NCBI RefSeq assembly: GCF_009914755.1
Contig: NC_060932.1
DNA length: 64,000 nucleotides
Origin: the human T2T-CHM13v2.0 reference genome, Homo sapiens
Reading direction: 5' to 3' (one strand)
Part shown: positions 50,527 to 64,000 of the stretch, in pieces
Layout of the letters: the number at the start of each line of letters is the position of its first letter
Position numbering within the stretch: the stretch's first letter is position 1
Notes under the pieces: generated by a model
What the model was told of the DNA's origin: nothing
The model's database searches: none
What the model saw: only the letters and a program-made list of their open reading frames with translations
Program-made: the position numbers and the translations under genes

Positions 50527-50942
50527 GAACTGCTAATAACAAAACTTGTACTATTTGAAAGAGTTCCACTTCTGGTAGTGATAAACTAGATAATTCAGAC
50601 CACTCTCCTGCTTAAAGAACTAAAATGTCTGGAGAAAATACATTTAAAAGTCTATGTTAAGGCTAATGAAGACACACGAGCAGTGTATTTTGTCTGAAAA
50701 CAAAATATTAAAAAAAGAAAAAAGAAGAGGTAAGCCTAGCAATAAGGGCTGCTTTTCCCCAAGAGGCATCTATCAATTATGGAACAGAGGCCAAGAGGCT
50801 AATAAGCAGAGCAGACCTTTTGACTGACTTACAAGATGAGAAGGTCAAAGACTGGAAATCAAAACCTACCGAGAAACTGAGAAGCCCTATAATGCCAAAG
50901 GACCATATCCTAGATGTAAAGGAGGATCAACCCTCAAAAGTA

Positions 50943-51258
50943 CAGTCATGTGTCACCTGACAACATGGATACATTCTGAAAGACATCATTAGGCAACTTC
51001 ATCATTGTGTGAACATCACAGAGTGTGTTTACACAAACCTAGATGGTATAGCCTATTGCTCCTAGGCTACAAACCTGTGTAGCATGTTACCGTACAGAAT
51101 GCTGTAGGCAGCAGCAACACAATGGTAAGTATTCGTGTATCTAAACACATCTAAACATAGAAAAAGTACAGTAAAAATACGATACTATAATCTTATGGGA
51201 CCACAATTCTACATGCAGTCCATCATTGATAGAAACATCATTATGTAGCACATAACTG
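50943..51258 (+). mobile_element. Tigger3a/MER7-like MITE
   Basis: TA-flanked cagtcatg...cataactg termini; internal tacacaaacctagatggtatagcct. Confidence 0.8.
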
Positions 51259-51557
51259 TACTGAAGCCCAGATTCAAATTATCTCTAACCCCAATTGAAT
51301 TAAGTGATCCAGGATTGCTAGTTCTAGCCACCAGATAGAAACAAAAACCTTAAGTAAAATACGTCAACATTCAGAAGTTCAAATAACCTCTATCACGTTT
51401 TACGCAATGTCTAGCACTCTATCAAAGATCACAAGGCACAGACAAAAACAATAAAAAACAAGAGAAACAATATAAAATAGAAAGAGACCCACAGGAGATT
51501 AACATTTAAAAGATTAGCAGACAGAATTAGACTATAATTAATATGTTCTAGGATATG

Positions 51558-51781
51558 AGCCTAGGCAGCGAAGTGAGACCCTATCTCTTCAAAAAATCAA
51601 AAAAATTAGCCAGGCATGGTACCACACGACTGTGGTTCCAGCTACTCAGGAGGCTGAAGTGGGAAGATCACTTGAGCCCAGGAGGCCGGGGCTATAGTGA
51701 GCCATGATCACACCACTGCACTACAGCCTGAGTGACAGAGCAAGACCCTGTCTCAAAAATAAAAATAAAAAATAAAAATAA
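51558..51781 (+). mobile_element. 5'-truncated AluJ
   Basis: Partial left arm plus a J-type right arm. Confidence 0.85.
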
Positions 51782-51897
51782 ATTATGTTCTTGGATATAA
51801 AATACAAGATTTCTGGATAATATCTTTAAAAGGCTAAAAGGAATCACTAACCTAGAATTCTTTACCCAGCAAATATACTGTTCAGAAGTGAAGTGAG

Positions 51898-52195
51898 GGT
51901 CAGACATGGTGGCTCACATCAGTAATCCCAGCACTATGGGAAGCCAAGGCAGGAGAATTGCTTGAGACCAGGAGTTGAAGACCAGCCTGGGCAATATAGC
52001 CAGACCCCATCTCTACAAAATAAAATTGTTTTAATTAGCCAGGCATGATGGCATGCTCCTGAAGTCCTAGTTACTCAGGAGGCTAAGGCTGGAGGATCGC
52101 TTGAGCCCAGGAATTCAAGGTTGCAGTGAACTGTGATCACACCACTGCATTCTAGCCTGGGCAAAAGAGCGAGAACCTGTCTCAGAAAAAGGAAA
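51898..52195 (+). mobile_element. AluJ
   Basis: Dimer with J diagnostics. Confidence 0.9.
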
Positions 52196-54417
52196 AAAGA
52201 AAACATGAAGTAAAATAACAACATTTTCACCAAAAAAAAAAAAAAAAAAGACATTATCATCATACCCACCACACATAAGGAAATACTAACAGATATTCTT
52301 CAGACAACTGAGAAACACAGAAAGAAATAAAGAACAATAAAAAGCATAAATATATGAGTAAATATAAACATTTGCAATACAAAATAAGAATAACAATATA
52401 AAATAACAAGAATTCCATGTGCTATTTAAAATGTATACAGAATTTAAAGAAACAAAGCAGATCACAAAAAAAACAACAGACCATACAAGCTCTTAAAAAC
52501 AAATTGCCATATTCTTAGGAAAAGATTGTTTCATGACCATGAAAACAATTACTAGAGTGAGTTTTACACCTGTTTAATCAAAGACGACTGTTAGACTCGT
52601 CAAATTTTTGAAAGCCAGTCAGTCAGTAATAGTCATGCTTCTGAAATTCAGACAATCAAGAGTTAACACTCTAGTGAACAAAGGCCTACAACATCCAGAT
52701 ATTTTTTAAATAGGATGTTACGTATCTTTATATTATTAACCTTAACAATAATGGTACTCTTTTTGGATAATAAATAAATGAAGAAAAATGTCCTTGCACT
52801 AGAAAAGAAAGATACAAATATTCTTGAGACTTAATAGGAGCTGTCATCAAGGCAACACTCAGAAACAATATACCTACAGCTCCTGATCAATCTCTTGTGC
52901 AGCTCTGGGTTCCTTTTCATATATGGAAATTAGACTCTTACCATGCCATCCCAGAACCCAGGGTACCTGTTGTGTGAGCGTAACAACTATGTTATTCCAA
53001 GTGTACAACTCCCCAACATGCTCAGTGGACTGTGTCTTATAACAAAGAATATGAATGGATAAAATCTTTCCTTTGATAACTGACAAAGAGTTTTCTGAAG
53101 ATAATGATCTGATCCATACCTATCTTTAAGAACTATAGTATGTCTTCACAGTTGTAATTATTGGCAACAAGCATTAAACTTCTTGGATCAAATACTTCAT
53201 ATCTACTCAAAATTGTAACATTAACACTTAAAACTAAGAAAATAGAGATGTTTAAAATTTTCCATTTCACACACTACTTCATATTCCTACCTGATAACTT
53301 TAAATACCAAATGCACTGAGTTTAGCCCTGAAATGAGTTTAAAACAATTCTCTAACTGGGATATAATTACTTTCCACTGAAGCATTTTTCTGCCACTCAA
53401 GAATCATCTGATTTACATAAATGCTAGTTAAGCACCATAGAAATTCTAAAATATATCATTAGCAGAATGTCACAGATCACTTAATCTACTCTGTCAAAAC
53501 AGGGATTATTTCAACTTCTGTTTCACTTCCCTTAAAAGAAATCCTATTTACTTTCTTTTCTCTAACAGGGAAAAAAAATTAGTAAAATAAACTTACAGTG
53601 TACTTCCCAAATCAAACTTTAAAATGATTCTGGTTAACTACAAATTGACTGAAGTATTTTTTCTGAATGTATTTTACTGAAACATGGCTGACAACATATA
53701 ATAATGTTACTGCTACAGAATTACAAATTATTTCACTGATTACTCTTCCTATTCAAGAAAAAAAGGTCACTTTGGTCCATACAAATTGTCCAAATAAACT
53801 AGATGTATTACTAGCTTAAAGTAAACAATTTTGTAAATAGCACTTCTAGTTAGAGTTAAAACATAACCATAAAAAGCTTTTATTAAACAATACATTTCAC
53901 TAAGCTAAATTTATAGAAATATATATATTTCTATCACTTTCACACATCCTGACAATATTTGGGAAAATAAATACAAAAATGTTTTTTTTTAATTCAGAAG
54001 TATATAATTTCTTCAAATATTCCAGCCATAAATTATAATACATAAAATTTAAGATACGTAAATACCATGAATATTATAAACTTTAAATAAAATTCTAGCC
54101 ATAATTTATGAAACTCACATTATTAAACAACACACACACACGCTGATTCCAAATGAAGAAGAGAAGTACCATGGTAGTTTCTCTGTGACACACCAAAAAT
54201 TATCCTAATAAATAAATTAAACAATCATGTAATTCCTAAATTTGTTACAGAAAGATATGTGGCTGGTTCTCACACCTCCTACTAGATATCTTTACACCAC
54301 TTAAAACCTTTTCTTTTTTCATGCTATTATTTTCTGTGTAACAAAATACCAACTAGTCAGATTCTAAAATATCAATCTTTAGAAATGATATTAGCAAAAC
54401 AATTTTAAAATACTTAC

Positions 54418-54532
54418 TGTCTTGTTTCGTAATCTAATTATGTCTGAGACAGAGCCAGCGCCACAGTACTCCATAACAATCCAGAGGTCTGTATTCTTAA
54501 AATAACTGCCATAGTACTTTACAACATATGGG
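54418..54532 (-). CDS. STK3: STK3/MST2 coding exon (probably exon 4, 115 bp): (S)PYVVKYYGSYFKNTDLWIVMEYCGAGSVSDIIRLRNKT
   Basis: Manual translation of the reverse strand gives a STE20-kinase subdomain IV-V sequence. Acceptor is tcctttag|C and donor is ACA|gtaagt. The exon ends in phase 0, compatible with the next exon. Confidence 0.96.
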
Positions 54533-55734
54533 CTAAAGGAAAATACATAAACAATTAAATTTAGTTAATTCCCAAAGAAATTTTTTTCTTAATCCCAATA
54601 CAAAGTATTTTCAACATTTCATACTGTTCCAATAAGTTAAATAAGTAAATTTCTATTGCACATCAAATTCTCAATATCTGGAGTTCACCAACTATGCATA
54701 ATTAGGCTTTACTTCATGGACGAAATTTAACAGGATTACAAACCAGAAGAGGCCCAAATGTTTTGAGTGATTCTGAAGAAAATAAGACTTCATTTTGGCA
54801 AAGAACTTACTACTTAACATGAGGAACAAATGAAAATTTTTCCCTTTAACTAAAGCATTTTAAATATGTCTTCTAAAGGATTTTGCATTCAGTCAAATAT
54901 TAATCAACTCGAAAATAATCTATATTTCCATGAGGCCAAAAAGTTATTTTAAATTTTCTTTCATTCTGGCTTTTGAAAATTCTAGAGAAAAAAAATTATA
55001 AATTTTTCTGCTTAAATTTATAGAATTAAAATATTAGCAATTTAATTTCTAAACTGAGGTCTTACGTCTTCCAGAGCAGAATAAACTATGTTTATAGCCA
55101 AGCTGTCTTCAGGAAGATTTAGAAAGGGACAAATGACCATCAGCAATAATGTATATTATGGATAAACTACATATAGTGATGTATGAGAAATCTAACCTAT
55201 CTCAAAGAGGCAGAATATCATATTCAAAAAATGCATAGAGATAGAAAATACAAGACAGCAGAAACTAAATAGGACACAACTTTAATGCTACAAGAGCTCA
55301 AATGAGGAAATAACATTGGAATCATCCAAAGAGAACTTTGTGGAAGGGAGTGGGATTTGAATGAGATTTTGAAAGAAAAGTTTAAACTCCAAAATGTAGA
55401 TGGAGAAGAGGGATAAGAAAATTCTAGAAAAGAGAAAGACCATGAATAAAGGTACACAAATAGAAAGGGAAAAACCAAGTATGGCATGTAAGAGGACAAC
55501 TTGTTCAAATAAATACTTCTATCTAGTAATAGCTACAATCAAAAACAGTAGCCATTTTGCTGGGCACCAATGTAAGATAAATATGACAGAAAAACAAATA
55601 AGCAAAAAAAAAAAAAATTGAAAGTACAATAAAAGAACACGTAGAGACTCTATCAATTGTGGAGGTTAAGAGAAGACTGTCAGGGAAGACTTCTCAGTAC
55701 AGCCTTTAAAATTTTAGCTATGCTCTAACACTGA

Positions 55735-58700
55735 GGCAGTAATAAACAGCCTACCATCCAAAAAAAAAAACCACCCAGGACCAGATGGACTTAGGGCCAA
55801 ATTCTAGCAGATGTACAAAGAAGAGCTGGTACCATCCCTGCTGAAACTATTTCAAAAAATTGAGGAGAAGGAAATGCTCCCTAACTCATCCTATGAAGCC
55901 AGCATCATTCTGATACCAAAACCTGGCAGAGATACAACAAAAAAAGAAAACTTTAGGCCAATATCCTTGATGAACATTGATGCAAAAGTCGTCAACAAAA
56001 CATTAGCAAACCAAATCCAGTGGCACATAAAAAACCTAACTCACCACAGTCAAGTAGGCTTTCTCTTTGGGATGCAAGATTGGTTCAACATATACAAATC
56101 AATAAATGTGATTCATCATATAAACAGAACTAAAGACAAAAACCACATGATTATCTCAATAGATACAGAAAAGGCTTTCGATAAAATCAGACATCCATTC
56201 ATGTTAAAAACTCTCAACAAACTAGGTATTGAAGGAACATACCTCAAAATAATAAGAGCCATATATGAAAAACCCACAGCCAACAATCATACTGAATGGG
56301 CATAAGCTGGAAGCATTCCCCTTGAAAAGCGGCATTAAGACAAGGATGGACTCTCTCACCATTCCTGTTTAACATAGTATTGGAAGTCCTGGCAAGGGCA
56401 ATCAGGCAAGAGAAAGAAATAAAGGTCATCCAAATAGGAAGAGAGGAAGTCAAACTACCCCTGTTTGCAGATGACATGATCCTGTATCTAGAAAACCCCA
56501 TAGCCTCAGCCCAAAAGCTTCTCAGGCTGATAAGCAACTTCAGCAAAGTCTCAGGATACAAAAGCAATGTGCAAAAATCCCTAGCATTCCTATATACCAA
56601 CAACAGTCAAGCCGAGAGCCAAATCGGGAACTAACTCCCATTCACAACTGCCACAAAAAGAATAAACTACATAGGAAGACAGCAAACTAGGGAGGTGAAA
56701 GATCTCCACAAAGAGAACTACAAAACACTGCTCAAAGAAATCAGAGATGACATAAAGAAATGGGAAAACATTCCATGCTCAGGGATAGAAATAATCAATA
56801 TCATTAAAATGAGGCTGGGCACTGTGGCTCACGCCTGTAAACCCAGCACTTTGAGAGGATCACTTGAGGTCAGGAGTTTCAGATCAGCCTGGCCAACACG
56901 GTGAAACCCCCATCTCTACTACAAATACAAAATTAGCTGGGCATGGTGGCGCATGCCTGTAATCCCAGTTACTTAGGAGGGTGAGGCAGGAAAATCACTT
57001 GAACTCAGGAGGCGGAGGTTGCAGTGAGCTGAGATTGTGTCACTGCACTCCAGCCTGGGCAACAGAGCAAGACTCCATCTCAAAAAAATAATAATAAAAA
57101 ATAAAAAAATAATATATAAACACACACACACAAACACACATCATTAAAATGGCCATACTGCCCAAAGTAATTTATAGATTCAATGCTATTCTTACTAAAA
57201 CTACTATTTGAGATTCGGCACAGAACTAGAAAAAACTATTTTGAAATTCATATGGAACCAAAAAAGAGCCCGAATAGCCAAGGCAATCCTAAGCAAAAAG
57301 AACAAAGCTGGTGGCATCACACTACCCGACTTCAAAATACACTACAGGGCTACAGTAACCAAAACAGCATGGTTATGATACAAAAAAAGACATACAGACA
57401 AATGAAACAGAATAAAGAACTCAGAAATAAGACCACACAACTACAACTATATGATCTTTGACAAACCTGACAATAACAGGCAATGGAAAGGAAAAAGGAT
57501 TCCCCATTCAATAAATGGTGCTGGGATAACCAGCTAGCCATATGCGGAAGATTGAAACTGGACCCCTCCCTTATTATCATGTTCAAAAATTTAACTCAAG
57601 ATGGATTAAAGGCCTAAATGTAAAACCCAAAAATATAAAAACCCTGGAAGACAACCTAGGCAATACCATCCAGGACATAGGCAAAGATTTCACGACAAAG
57701 ACACCCAAAGCAATCACAACAAAAGCAAAAATTGGCAAATGGGATCTAGTAAAATCAAAGAGCTTCTGTACAGCAAAAGAAACTATCAAGAGAGTAAATA
57801 GATAACTTACAAAATGAAAGAACATTTTTGAACAAACTATGCATCCAATAAAGGTCTAATATCCAGCAGCTATAAGGAACTTAAACAGATCTACAAGAAA
57901 AAAAAAACAAACAACCCCATTAAAAAATGGGCAAAGGACATGAACAGATACTTTTCAAAAGAAGACCTACATGTGGCCAGCAAGAATATGAAAAAAAGTT
58001 CAACATCACTGATCATTACAGAAATGCAAATCAAAACCACAATGAGATACCATGTTACACCAGTCAGAATGACTATTATTAAAAAGTCAAAAAAAAAAAA
58101 ACAGATGCTGGCAAGGTTGTGAAGAAAAAGGAATGCTTATATACTGTTGGTGGGAGTGTAAATTAGTTCAACCATTGTGGAAGATAGTGTGGCAATTCCT
58201 CAAAGACCTAGAGACCTAGAGACAGAAATACCATTCAACCTAGCAATCTCATTACTGGATATATACCCAAAGGAATATAAATTGTTCTATTATAAAGACA
58301 CATGCATGCTTATGTTCTTTGTAACTAGCACTCTTCATAATAGCAAAGACATGGCATCAACCTAAATGCCCATCAATGATAGACTGGATAATGAAAATGT
58401 GGTACATATACACAATGGAATACTATGCAGCCACAAAAAAGAACAAAGTCATGTCCTTTGCAGAGACATGGATGGAGCTGGAGGCTATTGTCCTTAGCAA
58501 ACTAACACAGGAACAGAAAACCAAATACTGCATGTTCTCACTTATAACTGGGAGCTAAATGATGAGGACACATGGACACACAGAGTGAACAACACACACT
58601 GGGGCCTATCAGAAGGTGGAAGGTGGAAGGAGGGAGAGGATCAGGAAAAATAACTAATGGGTACTAGGCTTAATACCTGGGTGATAAAATAATCTGCACA

Positions 58701-58800
58701 ACAAACCCCCATGACACAAGTTTACCCATGTAACAAACCTGCACATGTACCTCTGAACTTAAAATAAAAGTTAAAAATAAATAAATAAATAAATAATAAA
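55735..58800 (+). mobile_element. 5'-truncated older L1PA (about L1PA11-13), interrupted by an Alu
   Basis: ORF2 RT fragments (55811..56305, 56380..56634 and others), a 3'UTR with ggtactaggcttaatacctgggtga, and an (aaat)n tail. Confidence 0.9.
56813..57139 (+). mobile_element. AluS inserted in the older L1PA
   Basis: TSD atcattaaaatg on both sides, with a small left-arm deletion. Confidence 0.92.
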
Positions 58801-59654
58801 AACATCAGTCATCTAAAAAACAAAAGTTTAAAATTTTCCCATTATAATTAAATTTTATATTAAAAACAAAGGCAATAAATACAAAAAAAAATAACTATGT
58901 CTTGAAGTCAAAGGTAGAACAGAGTGGTTGGAGCTGAAGGGCCTGAATTCAAACCTGTTTTATCCCCACTGCTACTCCGTTACCTCTTGCACAGACTTGC
59001 TCCCCACTGGTCTCCTTGTCTTAGTTTTCTCCCCTGTTCTAGTCTATGCTACATACAGTTGACAAGGTACCTTACTTTAAAACAAAAGTAAAACAAGCTG
59101 ATCATACTGCTCTCCTAGTTAAACAAAAATACTCTAACAGCTCTCCATTACCCAAAGGAAAAGCTCTTAACTGCTTCATATCGCATACAAGTTATTTCAG
59201 AGTCTACCTTGTTACCCGTATCTCTGATTACTCTCCATCTCATACCTTAAATTTCCAGACACACTCAGCTTTGCTAGGTCTTGGGAATTGAAAGTATGTA
59301 TTTGGAGTTCATAAATGTTCACTGAACCATTTAAGAAAAGTGCTTGTTTACAAACAAATGAAACTAAATACAGACTTAGAACTGCAACATATGAGAAACA
59401 AAAAAAAAAATTCTTTACATGTACTCCTTTAAGGTATGGCGCCTATGTGGAAACTTTTATAGGGAGTAGCGTTCCTACACCTGGCTGTGCATGAGAGCCA
59501 CCTGTGACCCAAGCCCACACTCCTTTGAGGTTCTGATTCAGTAGGTTTTTAAAAGCTCTACCGGTGACTCTGACATAGACCCAGAGTTAAGCTTCACTCT
59601 ACCAGTGAATAGACTGTATATCCTTCAGGGGAAAAAAAAAAAACTCTCTCTCTC

Positions 59655-59950
59655 TCTCTTTTTTTTTCTGAAGCAGAATCTCATTCTGCCACCTAGGCTG
59701 GAGTGCAGTGGCACCATGTCGGCTCACAGCAATGTCTGCCTCCTGGGTTCGAGTGATTCTCGTGCCTCAACCTCCCAAGTAGCTGGGATTACAGGCCTGT
59801 GTCACCACGCCCAGCTAATTTTTGTAGTTTTGGTAGAGATGGGGTTTTGCCATGTTGACCAGGCTTGTCTTGAACTCCTGGCCTCATGTGTTCTGCCTGC
59901 CTCAGCTTCCAAAAGTGCTGAGACTATAGGTGTGAACCACCATGCCCGCC
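59655..59950 (-). mobile_element. Alu (old S/J)
   Basis: Reverse dimer. Confidence 0.9.
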
Positions 59951-60965
59951 AAAAAAAAATTCTTTAAATATGAATGTTCTCATTCAAAATTTTGAAAAGT
60001 GTTAAGTAACAATGAATTGACGATTATGTTCACTGAAAAGCATACAAAAAAATGTACATTTTTCTTGCCATACACACTAATCAGCAATGCTAAGGGTAGA
60101 AGTGACAACTCATGAAAATTAGGAATTCTAACCTGGGCAGCCACCTGAAAACACAGCCCTATCTCTCCATAAGAGTAAGTCAAGAGAAAACTTTGGCAAA
60201 ACGTAAAATTCTCTTCAAAAAAATAATTCATGGCCCATCTAACACCCACGTAAGTAGATGGATCCAAGTCCAACACCTCTATAACATAAAACATGGCCTC
60301 ACTAACTTTAACCCAGCAAAGTATTTAAGCAACTAGAACTAAACAGCCACATGCATTCACTGACCCTCTACTCGGGCCAGGCATTTCACCAGATGTTCAG
60401 TATGCACTAGTGAAACACACATTCACAATTTGGACCCTCATACCGAATACACTAGCATGAATATACAGGAATTAAGGAAGTAAACTCACAAATAAATATG
60501 ATTACTAACCATGGCAAGAAAAGAAGAAAGGGTGCTATAAGATAAACTGGCTGTGACTTTATTTTGTATTCACCATTTCTGCAAATAAAATTGCTCCTAG
60601 TTCATATGAAGGAATGGAATGCATTCATATTCCATGGTAGCCTCTGAGACTTGGAAGGCACTGGAGTATGTGAAAAACCTTTGAAAGCAGATAAGTGAGC
60701 TTTAACAATAAAATGTCCTTTCTCCACTGAACTGCTGTGAATTACAAAATCCACAGATTGGAAAAGAAAGAAATGCTTAAACTCCAGAGTTCATATGTAT
60801 ACAGTGGCCATCCTCTGACACTTTCTAAGTCAGCACCTTTTATACTGTAAAGCACTTATTACATCCTGCAAGGACTTTGTCATTGACTTTTATCTGCCTC
60901 CCCCAGAAGAACAGAAGCTCCATAAAGATAGGTACCAATCTGTCTCGCTTTCCATTTTATCCTCA

Positions 60966-61330
<365 letters not shown>

Positions 61331-61794
61331 AGAACCAACGAATAAATAAATCACACAAAAAACTAAGACAGGACCTAATTTAGGACTCTCCAAGGGAATA
61401 ATATTTAAGCTAAGATGCAAAACTTAACGAGAAGTTAGCCAGATAACTAAGCACTAAGAACTGCCCTGCAAAGGCCCTGAAAGACAGAACAAATCACGGT
61501 CAAAGAACTGAAAGATTAGCGGGCCCAGGATAAAGTGAGTAAAGGATACAGTAGAACATAATGGAGTTGCATATGTAGGCAGAAGCCTGACCATGAAGGG
61601 CCTCAAAACCAAGGTAAAGAGACTGGGCTTTATTTGAAATACAGAAAAAAAAATCAGTGAAGAATTTTAAGCAGACGAATAACATGATGTAAAGTTTCTG
61701 TGGTTGCTGAATGAAAGCTAGATTGTAGGGAAGCAAATGTGAATACAGAGAGACCAATTAAAAAGTAATGTTAGTCCATGCAGAGATTATAGTA

Positions 61795-62760
<966 letters not shown>

Positions 62761-63217
62761 CTACCAATAGGCTCAGACAGTTCAAGACCTGAGACTTCTA
62801 AACTCAAGTCTATTTCCATTAACACAGATATGCATTCAAATTCACATTTATTTATCTTTTTTTTTAAGTAATTCAAACAACAAATATTCACTGAACAAGC
62901 CTACTAGCAGAAGCTAGGGAGAAAAATGGAAAAACATTAGACTAGTGACAAAGAAGAAAGGGCAGTCCAGGCAATGGGGAACCCCTGAAGAAATTTATAT
63001 AAGGAAATAATACAATCAAACTAGCATTTAAACATTATCCTGAGCAGGATTGTCAAGGATCAAACATGATGTTGTTCATTCTAGCCAGCAAGTTAACTAA
63101 CTACAATTATTTAGATGTTCTAACATCTGTTTTTAAACCAGCATGTTGATTATTAAAGGTTAGGGAAGAAGGGGAGAGAGTTTCACTCAAAACACTGTAA
63201 CACTCTAGTGTTATATA

Positions 63218-64000
63218 CAGGCAAATCTATAAGATATTGCAGGTTTGATTCCAGACCACCTGGATAAAGCAAATATCACAATACAGTGAGTCACACAAAT
63301 TTTTGTTTTCCAGAAAGAAACCTTGGATCAGGCAGATTCATAGCTGAATTTTGCTAAACGTATAAAGATGAGCTGGTACCAATCCTACTGAAACTATTGC
63401 AAGAAAGCTGAGGAAGAGAGACTCCTCCCTAACTCATTCTACGAGGCCAGCATCATTCTGATACCAAAATGTGGCAGAGACAAAATGAAAAAGAAAACTT
63501 CAGACCAATATCTCTGATGGACATAAATGCAAAAATTCTCAATAAAAGACCTGCAGACCAAATGCAGCAGTACATCAAAAAACTAATCCACCACGATCAA
63601 GTAGGCTTTATTGCTGGGATGTAAGGTTGGTTCAATATACACAAATGAATAAATGTGATTTGCCACATAAACAGAGGAGATTTTGCAAAATTCTTGAGGG
63701 TCCTAAGATTTTTGGAATGGGCAATGAACACTGGCTTCAACTTAAAGTCATGAGAGGCATCAGCCCCTAACAAGAGAGTCAGCCTGTCCTTTGAAGCTAA
63801 GCAGTGACTTCTCTCTAGCTAGGAAAGTCCTAGATGGCATCTCCTTCCAGTAGAAGGCTGTTTCGTCTACATTGAAAATCTGTTGCTTAATGTAGCCACC
63901 TTCATCAATTATCTCAGCTACATCTTCTGGATAACTTGCTGCAGCTTCTATTTCAGCACTTGCTGCTTCATCTTGCACTTTTATGTTATGGAGACAGCTT
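63218..64000 (-). mobile_element. Tigger1 (pogo-like) relic interrupted by an L1 ORF2 fragment (about 63313-63675, + strand)
   Basis: Terminal sequence ta-caggca...ccagaccac at 63218-63312. Transposase remnant ORF 63760..63978 reads [21 protein letters not shown]. Confidence 0.85.

Noticed and set aside
63760-63978. Domesticated TIGD-like transposase gene
   Set aside because: A short, frameshifted Tigger1 relic interrupted by L1 sequence.

Overview
Primate (most likely human) genomic DNA from inside the STK3 (MST2, Hippo-pathway kinase) gene, which is transcribed on the minus strand. Three coding exons are present with canonical GT-AG boundaries: 54418-54532, 12289-12453 and 11609-11776, probably exons 4-6. 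Together they encode the middle of the kinase domain, including [11 protein letters not shown] and the activation loop [14 protein letters not shown]. The rest is intron packed with transposable elements: three full-length or near-full-length but dead L1PA elements, older L1 fragments, about 18 Alus, LTRs and DNA-transposon relics. The most striking signal is that the three long L1s share many variants that differ from the L1 consensus as I recall it, in a mosaic pattern. These include an identical non-CpG nonsense codon in all three and an identical ORF1 frameshift in two. Two of them have their own TSDs and one has an older 5'UTR/ORF1 type, which points to local interlocus gene conversion. 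Other points: inverted Alus and L1s bracket the 333-nt, stop-free exon 5+6 unit (circRNA architecture); there are L1 antisense-promoter/ORF0 configurations, candidate poison exons, template-switch scars and a fused head-to-head Alu palindrome. Subfamily names and consensus comparisons are from memory and need RepeatMasker/Dfam confirmation.
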